Below are positions 16,137 to 24,574 of a DNA stretch of 64,000 bases, piece by piece. Positions within the stretch are counted from its first letter, which is position 1, and each line of letters opens with the position of its first letter. The notes under the pieces were generated by a model. The model did no database searches. It was not told where the DNA came from and worked only from the letters and a program-made list of their open reading frames with translations. This DNA comes from Candidatus Staskawiczbacteria bacterium (GTDB lineage Bacteria; Patescibacteriota; Minisyncoccia; Minisyncoccales; Staskawiczbacteraceae). Both the position numbers and the translations under genes were made by a program. Where the stretch lies: the NCBI GenBank assembly GCA_026395175.1, contig JAPLZF010000015.1, positions 21,066 through 85,065 on the forward strand, written 5' to 3'.

Positions 16137-17293
16137 AACGGAATGAACTTGAATATCGTTCTAATTATGAAAATCCCTAACATCACGATTATTAGGAACT
16201 CAAAAAACTGGATTAAGGGAAATCCTCCAAAAAAGATGTTGATTTTATCTAGGTATGCCTGCGTTGTCGGGAAGATAAGGCCGATCTGGTTGCCCTTTGC
16301 GTAAGATGTATCGGCATTGAAATATCTGAGTGTTTGATTCGCGAATTCGTAGGCGTTGGTAAATATGGGTTCAAAAAATCCTTCTATTGAGTCGGCGAAA
16401 TCAGAAGGGGCGGAATATCCGCCTGCGGAGTTTTGCGTGTACCAAGTGTTCCAATTGGTAAAATTATAAGGTTCGGAATTACCGGAAATATTGGCAATTA
16501 AGGCGTATGTCGGGCTGGGCGTTAAATCTACATAAGTGTTAGCGTCTTGCTCTTGCTCGGCTGCTAAATCCCAAGTTCCGTTTTCCGTAATGCCAAACGA
16601 GGAAAAAGGTATAGAAAAGTTGCCGCTTGAACCCGATAAAGTTATTGAATAAACATTTGAATTAAATCCATTGTTTGGATTTCTTAATTTAATGTGTAAA
16701 TATCCATATCCATAAAACCCTTGTGTAAGCGCGGCATAACTGCCGACAATGTTTGTGTTGTTGCTTGTAATAGTAGTGCCACTTGCAGGCGTAGATATAG
16801 TGAGTGTCGGCGATGTAGGCGGCAAAGAGCAGTCGCCCATATGTGCCGTTGTGCCGTCCCAGTAAAAAATGCAGTAAGACGGCGTCCAATTATTGTATTG
16901 CGGACAACCAGGAGCATTTGCGAGAACATAATTACCCGTAGGTTGCCCTGCTAATTCTGTGTGCATTGCTACGTGTTGTCCGCACCTGCCTTGAAAGTTT
17001 TCGTAATAACCATTTAACCCGCTGACATAATCCAAAGACGGCTGATTATGCGAGGGATAATATCCTTGAAAAAAAGCATATAAAGCAGTGTATGTGCAGT
17101 CCGAACCACCACTGGCAGGAACGAAAACATCACCTGAAAAATATGCCGCGAAAGAGCCAGAAACCGACGCCCCATACATTTGAGGATAATAAAGATAATA
17201 TGTTGTGGCGGCGTGGGAAACGCCGGCTACCGAAAAAGAAACACAACAAAGGGTGAATATAGCGATCAGTTTTAGTGTTTTAGTGACTGTCAT
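16127..17293 (-). CDS. Secreted Ser/Thr/Tyr/Gly-rich protein with Cys pairs and C-terminal TM anchor (inovirus pIII-like)
   Basis: Signal peptide ending SHA; Cys-containing N-domain; Pro/Thr linker; Ig-like segment; C-terminal TM followed by KFIPFFG. Confidence 0.6.
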   Translation of the reverse strand: MTVTKTLKLIAIFTLCCVSFSVAGVSHAATTYYLYYPQMYGASVSGSFAAYFSGDVFVPASGGSDCTYTALYAFFQGYYPSHNQPSLDYVSGLNGYYENFQGRCGQHVAMHTELAGQPTGNYVLANAPGCPQYNNWTPSYCIFYWDGTTAHMGDCSLPPTSPTLTISTPASGTTITSNNTNIVGSYAALTQGFYGYGYLHIKLRNPNNGFNSNVYSITLSGSSGNFSIPFSSFGITENGTWDLAAEQEQDANTYVDLTPSPTYALIANISGNSEPYNFTNWNTWYTQNSAGGYSAPSDFADSIEGFFEPIFTNAYEFANQTLRYFNADTSYAKGNQIGLIFPTTQAYLDKINIFFGGFPLIQFFEFLIIVMLGIFIIRTIFKFIPFFG

Positions 17294-17295
17294 AG

Positions 17296-17598
17296 TTAAA
17301 AATCAACGAGGCGGCGGAATATAAAAATTAAAATCATTATTGCTAGTCCGGCACCGCATGCGTACTCAATAACCGAGAAATATGGAATTGCGTTAAACAC
17401 TGCCATTATGTTGTTGGGAAAAACCCAGCTCACAGCAGTTGCCGGCGGAGTGCTTGCTATACCGTCAAAAAAGCCCTTTGCGAAATTAAAGAGCCCTGTC
17501 AGCGGCGCGAACAAGTATCCAAACAAAGATCCGATATTTGAAAAAATATATCGGGCTACATTGAAGCAGTCAAAGGCAATATGCAATATATCGTCCAT
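17296..17598 (-). CDS. Hydrophobic ~100-aa protein (inovirus pVI-like size)
   Basis: Amphipathic/hydrophobic throughout with a C-terminal TM; adjacent to the pIII-like gene. Confidence 0.55.
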   Translation of the reverse strand: MDDILHIAFDCFNVARYIFSNIGSLFGYLFAPLTGLFNFAKGFFDGIASTPPATAVSWVFPNNIMAVFNAIPYFSVIEYACGAGLAIMILIFIFRRLVDF

Positions 17599-17604
17599 GG
17601 GTTT

Positions 17605-17760
17605 TTAATGTCCTCTTATCGCAGAAACTATGGCGTAGAAAACAATCAGCCCAATGCCTATGCCGATGATTATCGTGAGTAGCGGAGTTAAATCAGTAAT
17701 CAAACCCGTGATGTTCGACATCATGGTGTTTGTCATATCGGAAGTCCAAGTTAAAAACAT
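17605..17760 (-). CDS. Major-coat-like paralog 3 (51 aa)
   Basis: Hand-translated: MFLTWTSDMTNTMMSNITGLITDLTPLLTIIIGIGIGLIVFYAIVSAIRGH. Confidence 0.65.
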   Translation of the reverse strand: MFLTWTSDMTNTMMSNITGLITDLTPLLTIIIGIGIGLIVFYAIVSAIRGH

Positions 17761-17776
17761 AGAAGTATAATTTTAA

Positions 17777-17950
17777 TCATTGTGGCCGGTCATGTCGCCA
17801 ACTGATAACTGCGGAAATCACTGCCTCTAGAATAAAAAATCCGATTACGACGCCAAGCAATATCGTCAAAAAAGGCCATAGATCATTAATGATCCCGCTG
17901 ATGTTTGCCGTGACATTGCTGAAAGCCGTTGTTGGTAGCGAAACAATCAT
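17777..17950 (-). CDS. Major-coat-like paralog 2 (57 aa)
   Basis: MIVSLPTTAFSNVTANISGIINDLWPFLTILLGVVIGFFILEAVISAVISWRHDRPQ. Confidence 0.65.
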   Translation of the reverse strand: MIVSLPTTAFSNVTANISGIINDLWPFLTILLGVVIGFFILEAVISAVISWRHDRPQ

Positions 17951-17964
17951 AGTTTGTTGCCGGC

Positions 17965-17992
17965 GCCGGGCCCGCCTCTCAACGGGCCCGGC
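17965..17992 (-). terminator. GC-rich hairpin directly after the major-coat-like gene
   Basis: GCCGGGCCCG-8 nt-CGGGCCCGGC, a 10-bp perfect stem with no U-tract. Confidence 0.5.
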
Positions 17993-18004
17993 CACCGTTC
18001 GCTT

Positions 18005-18238
18005 TTAGTGTTTAGGAATCAAAGCGATAACCTTGCGGATAATATAGAAGCCCATTGGGATACCGATTGCCAAGGCAACCAACACCCAGACATCTGTCAT
18101 TATCTGGCTGGCGTTTCCAGTCAAATCCGCAACTGCGGTTGAGGGCAGAGTGATTAACTCACCGGCCGCAAAGGTTGAAAGGGCTAACCCAAACAAACCT
18201 GTTGCGACTGCACCTGCACCGACCGCAAACTTTTTCAT
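18005..18238 (-). CDS. Major-coat-like protein 1 with signal peptide (inovirus pVIII-like)
   Basis: MKKFAVG...STFA|AGELITLPSTAVADLTGNASQIMTDVWVLVALAIGIPMGFYIIRKVIALIPKH: leader, acidic amphipathic helix, TM, basic tail. Alternative ATG at 18250. Confidence 0.65.
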   Translation of the reverse strand: MKKFAVGAGAVATGLFGLALSTFAAGELITLPSTAVADLTGNASQIMTDVWVLVALAIGIPMGFYIIRKVIALIPKH

Positions 18239-18328
18239 TGTGGAAAACATTAAACTACGAGGACAATGATTTTTAATTTTTCGACCTTTATACAACAAAA
18301 ATTTGTTGTTACTTTGTGGTAAAACAAA

Positions 18329-18354
18329 AGTCCGATGTCTTGCGACATCGGACT
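18329..18354 (-). terminator. Intrinsic terminator of gap
   Basis: AGTCCGATGTC-TTGC-GACATCGGACT, 11-bp stem followed by a T-tract on the minus strand. Confidence 0.8.
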
Positions 18355-18377
18355 AATACACTTTTATTTTTTTTGGC

Positions 18378-19379
18378 CTAGAGTTTCTTACCCACGAACT
18401 CTGCAAATTCAGCCAATCGACAACTGTACCCCCATTCATTGTCGTACCAGCCAACAACTTTCACCAGGTTGTCTTTTACCATTGTTTCCTCAACGTCAAC
18501 AATAGACGAATAAGTGTCTCCCTTAAAATCCATTGAAACCAACGGCTCTTCTTCAACCCGCAAAATTCCTTTGAAATTTTTTGATGAGGCTGCTTTTCTA
18601 AATGCTTCGTTTACTTCATCTTTTGTTGTTGGTTTTTTTACTTCAACAATTAAATCTAACAAAGAAACAACTGGGGTTGGAACACGCACTGCAATTCCAT
18701 CAAGCTTTCCGTTTAATTCCGGAATCATTTTGCCAATTGCTTTTGCCGCCCCGGTTGAAGTTGGAATTATGTTTAACGCGGCAGCCCTGGCACGCCTTAA
18801 ATCTTTATGTGGCAGGTCAAGAATTTTTTGGTCGTTTGTATAGCTGTGAACTGTTGTCATAAATCCTTTTTCAATGGAAAATGCATCGTTTAAAACCTTG
18901 GCAATTGGAGCCAGGCAATTTGTGGTGCAGGAACCCATGTCCATTATATCATTTTTTGCAGGGTCAAATGTGTCTGCGTTAACTCCCAAAACAAACCCAG
19001 GCAAATCTTTGCAGGGAGCCGAAACAATAACTTTTTTTGCTCCGGCTTTAATGTGTTTTCTGGCTCCGGAGTCGTCTGTAAATAATCCTGTGCACTCTAA
19101 AACAATATCAACTCCCATTTTTGCCCATGGCAATTTTTCAGGGTCTTTTTCTGCCAAAACCAAAAATTTATTTTTTCCAACTGAAATAGAATTCTCGTCT
19201 GCAAAAATTTCTTTTCCGTAATTTCCGTAGTTTGAGTCGTATTTTAAAAGATGAGCCAGAGTTTTATTGTCTGTCAAATCATTTATTGCCACAACTTCCA
19301 AATTATATTTTCCAAAATCAATAATTTTGAAAACTTGCCGGCCAATTCGGCCAAAACCATTTATTGCAACTTTTGTCAT
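18378..19379 (-). CDS. gap: Glyceraldehyde-3-phosphate dehydrogenase type I
   Basis: [27 protein letters not shown]. Confidence 0.98.
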   Translation of the reverse strand: MTKVAINGFGRIGRQVFKIIDFGKYNLEVVAINDLTDNKTLAHLLKYDSNYGNYGKEIFADENSISVGKNKFLVLAEKDPEKLPWAKMGVDIVLECTGLFTDDSGARKHIKAGAKKVIVSAPCKDLPGFVLGVNADTFDPAKNDIMDMGSCTTNCLAPIAKVLNDAFSIEKGFMTTVHSYTNDQKILDLPHKDLRRARAAALNIIPTSTGAAKAIGKMIPELNGKLDGIAVRVPTPVVSLLDLIVEVKKPTTKDEVNEAFRKAASSKNFKGILRVEEEPLVSMDFKGDTYSSIVDVEETMVKDNLVKVVGWYDNEWGYSCRLAEFAEFVGKKL

Positions 19380-19387
19380 ACTTTTGA

Positions 19388-19453
19388 TTTACCCAGTTAA
19401 ATAATTTTGCCCTGCAAAATTAAAATCTTCTGGATTTTATTTAACAGGGTGAA
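19388..19453. repeat. Palindromic element family B (terminal stem + two internal hairpins)
   Basis: TTTACCCAGTTAAAT...ATTTAACAGGGTGAA; supplies the IHPVK-stop end of the glutaredoxin. Confidence 0.85.
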
Positions 19454-19676
19454 TTTTTAATAATTTATCTATTTTTTCTTTATCAAAACCAATTATAATT
19501 TCTCCGTCTATGTCAACAACCGGCACTCCCATTTGGCCGGAATCTTTTATCATTTTTTGCAATTGTTTTTCATCTTTCGATATGTCAATATCCTCGAATT
19601 CAATATTGTTTTTTTTGAAATATCCTTTCAAAGTTTTGCAATAAACACAGGTTGGTGTGGAGTATATTTTGTTCAT
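19437..19676 (-). CDS. Glutaredoxin/NrdH-like protein
   Basis: YSTPTCVYC and GQMGVPVV motifs. Confidence 0.9.
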   Translation of the reverse strand: MNKIYSTPTCVYCKTLKGYFKKNNIEFEDIDISKDEKQLQKMIKDSGQMGVPVVDIDGEIIIGFDKEKIDKLLKIHPVK

Positions 19677-19677
19677 A

Positions 19678-20754
19678 TTATTGGGCAGGAGCGCAGTTGG
19701 CGCCGGTAGAGCCGGAATTTCCCGAGGCCGAACCAGATGAGCTGTACATTGCCGAAAAAGATGATGCAGCTGCGGTTGTGTTTAATTTTGTGGAGCAGAA
19801 GCTTGGTTTTGTTGTAAAACCGGCGCACGCCATTGATTTGACTCCGTCTGAAGACCTGCCTCCATAACCTGTTTCGTCAATTACAACTCCGTTTAAAATT
19901 AAAGTTGGCGAACCCTGAACATCATATTTTGTCGCCAAAGCAAAATCTTTTTGGGCATAAGCTATTCCTTTGCTCGGGTCTGAAGCGCAGGAATTTAATT
20001 TTGCTGAATCCACACCGGTGGAAGTTTCGCATCCTGCCGTGTCCCCTGTTTTCATTTGGCAGGAAACATAATTCCAATATTTTGCCGGCTGTTCTTCCCT
20101 AATGCAAATTTGCCTTAAATTTTCTGTTGCCTCTGCATCGCCGTGCATTGAAACCAACTTGTTGCCGGAAACAGAACCAATATATCTGACTTTTATATAT
20201 TGAGCCAAAGCCGGTAAATTTTTGACTGCATCAGCCATTGCTCTCTGCATTTGCAGGCCATAAGGGCATCGCGCCACAACAAAGGCTTCCAGCATTGGAT
20301 TTGCTGTTTTTGTAACAGACGCGGTTGGCTGGTTTGAGCCCGTGTCTGTGTTTGCGCTTGCATTTTCTGATGTAGAGGCGCTAGTTTTTTTTGGGCTCAT
20401 ATCAAAAGCCTGCGGAAATAATAATTTTCCATCTTTTGTGGCGTATGAATCAAATTCTGTTGTTCCAATTTTTATTTTTACTTTAACCAATCCCGATGCT
20501 TCGGAAACACTTACCAATGAAGCCGGCGTTGCTGCCAACTGATTGTCATTGATATATTTTATGGCTTGTTCCCCAATTTGTTTGTCTGAATAACCAAAAA
20601 TGCTTGAAATAGAAAAGCTGTGATTTTGATTGGCATAAATCAATCCACCGGTTATTATAATTGCAATTATTGCGATACAGACAAGAATAGTATTCCTATT
20701 CATTTTTTTCAGCTTGTTTATCAGCGAGCTGAATATGTTTTTAAAATTATACAT
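19678..20754 (-). CDS. Membrane-anchored thioredoxin-fold (DsbA/GILT-like) protein
   Basis: N-terminal TM; RCPYG, SMHG, VQGSPTLILNG (cis-Pro loop); several Cys. Confidence 0.7.
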   Translation of the reverse strand: MYNFKNIFSSLINKLKKMNRNTILVCIAIIAIIITGGLIYANQNHSFSISSIFGYSDKQIGEQAIKYINDNQLAATPASLVSVSEASGLVKVKIKIGTTEFDSYATKDGKLLFPQAFDMSPKKTSASTSENASANTDTGSNQPTASVTKTANPMLEAFVVARCPYGLQMQRAMADAVKNLPALAQYIKVRYIGSVSGNKLVSMHGDAEATENLRQICIREEQPAKYWNYVSCQMKTGDTAGCETSTGVDSAKLNSCASDPSKGIAYAQKDFALATKYDVQGSPTLILNGVVIDETGYGGRSSDGVKSMACAGFTTKPSFCSTKLNTTAAASSFSAMYSSSGSASGNSGSTGANCAPAQ

Positions 20755-20808
20755 ATTTTTTATTTTAATAATATTTTAATAATAGTTTATTATATTACAT
20801 TATAATTT

Positions 20809-21405
20809 TTATGCAAACTTTGTATATTTATTTCCGTCAAAATCATATTTAATCAAAGCGCCAAAGGGCAATTCCAAGTCAATAATTTTTTCGTCATCAA
20901 TACCTTCGGCATATTTTACAATTGCCCGCAAACTGTTATGACTGGCAACAACTAAAATATTTTTTCCGGCTTTCAAATCTTTTTCAATGTATTCCTTAAA
21001 AAATGGGACTGCTCTTTTATACACATTTTCCAAAGATTCTCCCCCCGGCGGAGCCACATTCCAGCTTCTTCTCCACAAATGTACTTTTTCCTCACCATAT
21101 TTTTCAATTGTTTCCTCTTTATTCAAGCCCTGCAACTCACCATAATTTCTTTCGTCCAGCGCTTTATCAATAACTATCGGTAAATCTTTTGCGCCTAAAT
21201 TATTTAAAATCAACGAAACGGTTTCCTTATTTCTAATCAACGGCGAAGTATAAATTTTATCTATTTTTTCGCCAGACAATTTTTCGGCAATTCTTTTGGC
21301 ACTCTCAATTCCCTCCTCGCACAACGGCACATCTGTCCAGCCAGTAAATCTATTTTCTAGGTTCCACTGCGATTTTAAATGCCTTAATAAAAATAATTTT
21401 GCCAT
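20809..21405 (-). CDS. gpmA: 2,3-BPG-dependent phosphoglycerate mutase
   Basis: LLRH.KSQWNLENRFTGWTDV, LDERNYG, SHNSLRA. Confidence 0.92.
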   Translation of the reverse strand: MAKLFLLRHLKSQWNLENRFTGWTDVPLCEEGIESAKRIAEKLSGEKIDKIYTSPLIRNKETVSLILNNLGAKDLPIVIDKALDERNYGELQGLNKEETIEKYGEEKVHLWRRSWNVAPPGGESLENVYKRAVPFFKEYIEKDLKAGKNILVVASHNSLRAIVKYAEGIDDEKIIDLELPFGALIKYDFDGNKYTKFA

Positions 21406-21415
21406 ATAAAATGTA

Positions 21416-21506
21416 GCGAGGCAATAAACTTTTTGTAGGCCCAGGTCGACTTGCCCGAAGAGGCAAAGCGAGTTCCTGCTTGCCGAAAAAAGTTTGTTGT
21501 CGAGCG
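21416..21506. repeat. Intergenic long imperfect palindrome
   Basis: GCAATAAACTTTTT ... AAAAAGTTTGTTGT arms with internal hairpins. Confidence 0.5.
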
Positions 21507-21507
21507 A

Positions 21508-22734
21508 TTATTTAAGTTCTTTTTCTATTTCTAATAATCTTTGATATTTTACCATTCTTTCTTCTTTTGCAGGAGAACCGGCCTTCAAAAAGTCTGCCCC
21601 CAACCCAACTGCCAAGTCTGCAATAAAATTGTCCATAGTCTCACCACTGCGATGCGATACAATTGTTTTCCATCCATAAGATTTTGCTAAATTACAAGCC
21701 TCTATTGTTTCAGAAACCGTCCCAATTTGATTTAATTTTAAAATAACTCCATTGCAAGCCAATTTATTATGCGCCTCTTTTATTCTTTTAATATTTGTTG
21801 TTGTCAGGTCGTCTCCAACAATAGTAATTTTTTCGCCTAATTGTCGCACAATAGATTCAAAACCTTGCCAATCTTCTTGTGAAAATGGATCTTCAATGGA
21901 AATTATGTCAAATCTTTTTACTAAATCCTCATAAAATTCCAAAAGTTCTGTTCTTGCCAATTCCCTGCCGTCTATTTTATATTTTCCATCCTTATAAAAT
22001 TCCGAAGCCGCGCAATCTAAAGCAAATTTTACATCTGTTTCGCCATCAACTGCATTTTTCAACAAATAAAGCGCTTGTTCAATGTTTGAAATTGGAGGAG
22101 CAAATCCCCCTTCATCTCCCAAATCCAAATTTTCTTTTCCAAAATTTTTCTCAATATTTTCTTTTAAATTATTAAATATTTTGTTGCACGAAATCAAACT
22201 TTCTGCAAAAGAATTTTTATCAGGAATAACCATAAATTCCTGAATTGCCAATTTGTCCACCCCTCGACTGTCGCTCGGGGTCCTTCGGACATGCGCCCCG
22301 CCATTCAAAATATTAAACATCGCCATCGGAAGTCGGTGGGACGTCCGACGTCCCACCGCTAACTCTGAAATGTGTTGATATAAGGGAATTTTTTTAGAGG
22401 CGGCACCCGCTCGGCAAACTGCCAAAGAAACAGCTAAAATTGCATTGGCTCCCAGCTTTGACTTGTTTTCAGTTCCGTCTAATTCAATTAAAAGGTTGTC
22501 TATTGCCTTTTGATTTAATACGTCCTGGCCCTTTAATTTTGGTGCAATAATTTCATTTACGTTTTTAATTGCCTGCTGAACTTCAACAACAGCTGCTTCA
22601 TTTACTCCAGTAGAAGCACCACTTGGCACAGAATCAACAAATATTCCCTTATCTGTTTCCAGCTCAACTTCAATAGTCGGATTCCCTCGTGAATCCTTAA
22701 TCTCCCTCGCAACTATGCTTTTTATTTTACTCAT
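21508..22734 (-). CDS. eno: Enolase (with two short palindromic in-frame insertions)
   Basis: DSRGNPT, VPSGASTG, GDEGGFAP, SHRSGET. Confidence 0.97.
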   Translation of the reverse strand: MSKIKSIVAREIKDSRGNPTIEVELETDKGIFVDSVPSGASTGVNEAAVVEVQQAIKNVNEIIAPKLKGQDVLNQKAIDNLLIELDGTENKSKLGANAILAVSLAVCRAGAASKKIPLYQHISELAVGRRTSHRLPMAMFNILNGGAHVRRTPSDSRGVDKLAIQEFMVIPDKNSFAESLISCNKIFNNLKENIEKNFGKENLDLGDEGGFAPPISNIEQALYLLKNAVDGETDVKFALDCAASEFYKDGKYKIDGRELARTELLEFYEDLVKRFDIISIEDPFSQEDWQGFESIVRQLGEKITIVGDDLTTTNIKRIKEAHNKLACNGVILKLNQIGTVSETIEACNLAKSYGWKTIVSHRSGETMDNFIADLAVGLGADFLKAGSPAKEERMVKYQRLLEIEKELK

Positions 22735-23687
22735 TTGCTATTACTATTTAATTTTCGCAAATAATCGTAGGCGGCAAGAGCGGTTTTACATCCTTCGCCG
22801 GCTGCCGTAACAATTTGTTTGTATGGTCCGGAATTATTGTCGCCGGCGGCAAAAAGTCCCGGGGTTTTTGTGGCAAATGTTTCATTTTCAACAACAATTT
22901 CATCTCTTTTTGTAAAATCAACCAATCCTTTCGCCAAAGCTGTGGCTGGCTGGTGTCCAATTTCTATAAAAACTCCTTCTACTTGCAGAGTTTTTACCTG
23001 CCCTGAGCCTGTCGAAGGGTCTTTTGAAACATTGTCTTCGTAAACCAGCGAGTTTACAAAATTTTCTCCCTTAATTTCTTTTACAACAGCATTTGTAATA
23101 ATTTCAATTTTGCCGGATTCTTTGGCGTCTTTTTGATTTATTTCATCTGCTTTTATATCCGGTCCAAATTCTAAAACATAAATTTTTGTAGCGTAATTTG
23201 TCATAAATAAAGCAGCTTCCATCCCAGCGTTTCCTCCGCCAATTACTGCTATTGTTTTATTTCTAAATATTGGACCGTCGCAAGTAACGCAATAACTTAT
23301 TCCTTTGCCTATAAATTCTTTTTCGCCAACAGCTTCCAACGGCCTTGGATCCACTCCTGTTGCAATAATAACAGACTTACTTTCAAGTTTTTCATTATCC
23401 GTAGTTATAATTGTAAAAATGTCGTTGTTTTTTTCTATTTTTTCTGCCTCTGAAAATTTTACTTCAACAGATTCTTGTTTTTCTAAATGTTCAACAAATT
23501 TATCTATAAGCTCCATTCCAGAGATTCTTTCAAAACCCGGATAATTGCAAACTTCTGTGGCTTTTTTTGCCGTTTGCCCGCCAAACTCTTTTGTGATTAA
23601 AAGCGTTTTCATTTTTTGACGGCCGGCATAAATTCCGGCTGTAATTCCAGCCGGTCCGCCTCCAATAATAATCAGGTCGTAAATCAT
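22731..23687 (-). CDS. trxB: Thioredoxin reductase
   Basis: GGGPAG, SYCVTCDG, GGGNAG, FAAGD. Confidence 0.93.
   Translation of the reverse strand: MIYDLIIIGGGPAGITAGIYAGRQKMKTLLITKEFGGQTAKKATEVCNYPGFERISGMELIDKFVEHLEKQESVEVKFSEAEKIEKNNDIFTIITTDNEKLESKSVIIATGVDPRPLEAVGEKEFIGKGISYCVTCDGPIFRNKTIAVIGGGNAGMEAALFMTNYATKIYVLEFGPDIKADEINQKDAKESGKIEIITNAVVKEIKGENFVNSLVYEDNVSKDPSTGSGQVKTLQVEGVFIEIGHQPATALAKGLVDFTKRDEIVVENETFATKTPGLFAAGDNNSGPYKQIVTAAGEGCKTALAAYDYLRKLNSNSK
22997..23020. repeat. Palindromic element family A (CCTGAGCCTGTCGAAGG; encodes PSTGSG) inside trxB
   Basis: Related copies at 22259-22281 (eno), 24847-24871 (ftsZ, inverted), 33290-33310, 35098-35118 and 57989-58013. Confidence 0.85.
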
Positions 23688-24562
23688 TTTATGGTTTTTA
23701 AGTATTCTTTTAATTCTTTGTTAAATCTTGGGTCTTTCAACGCCAGAAAGAAAAAAGATTTTAACCATTTCAATTTATCTCCGCATTCCAGCCACTCGCC
23801 TTTCAATTCGCATCCGTAAATTGTTTTTCCTTCCAGAAGCATTTTGTCAAAAACTTCAGCCAAAATTATTTCTCCTTTTTTAGACGGAGTCGCTTTTTTC
23901 AAATATTTAAAAACTTCCGGAGTTAAAAAAAATTTTAAAACAAATAACAAATTATACGGAATTTACGAAGGCTCGGGCTTTTCTATAATTTTTTTGATTT
24001 TGTATAAATTATTGGCAATTTTTTCAACAGCAACAACTCCATAAGCCGGCACTTTTTCCCTTGGCAATTGTTTTAAAGCCAGCACCGGAGCATTGCAAGT
24101 CTTGAAAACATTTATAAGCTGGGCAATTGCAGGCTCTTCTGCATAAACAACGTCATCTCCAAAAGAAACAGCAACGGGCTCTCCATTTGTCTGTTTTGCT
24201 GCCTGCAAAAGGGCATGACCGTCGCCAAGCGGTTCTTTCTGCACGGCATAAGAAAAAGTAATTCCGGCAAACATTTCTTCAAGGTCTTTCAATTCTTTCA
24301 GGGCATTGTCTCTTTTTCTTTTTACCAGTAATTTTTCAAGCTCGGGAGATTTCTTAAAATAATTCTGAATATTTTTCTGCCCGGGACTGACAACAAAAAT
24401 TACTTCCTTAATTCCGGACTTTTTAACTTCTTCCAAAATATATTGGATGACCGGCTTGTCAACCAAAGGAAAAAAATCCTTAGGCACGGCCCGCGACAGC
24501 GGCAAAAACCTGGTGCCTAATCCCGCAACCGGAATAATAACTTTTTTTATATCTTCTGACAT
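23684..24562 (-). pseudogene. galU: UTP-glucose-1-phosphate uridylyltransferase with an in-frame TAA at 23963-23965 (probably a sequencing artefact)
   Basis: PVAGLGTRFLP...QKEPLGDGHA...IEKP; both ORF pieces are in the same frame and join into 293 codons. Confidence 0.8.
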
Positions 24563-24574
24563 AATTTTTAATTG

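Larger units (their letters stand above)
2600..18300 (-). mobile_element. Integrative island / inovirus-like prophage or satellite with defence cargo (boundaries approximate)
   Basis: Integrase at one end and coat-like genes at the other, with phage-type ParB-MTase, DUF5681 and type III R-M between. Flanked by gap and the aminotransferase. No att repeat found. Confidence 0.6.

Noticed and set aside
17605..18238. Type IV pilins
   Set aside because: No class III signal (G|FTLxE), and the hydrophobic helix is C-terminal rather than N-terminal.
1188..18377. attL/attR direct repeats for the island, including use of the tRNA-like gene as attB
   Set aside because: No duplicated tRNA 3' end or matching repeat found by eye near either boundary; limits stay approximate.
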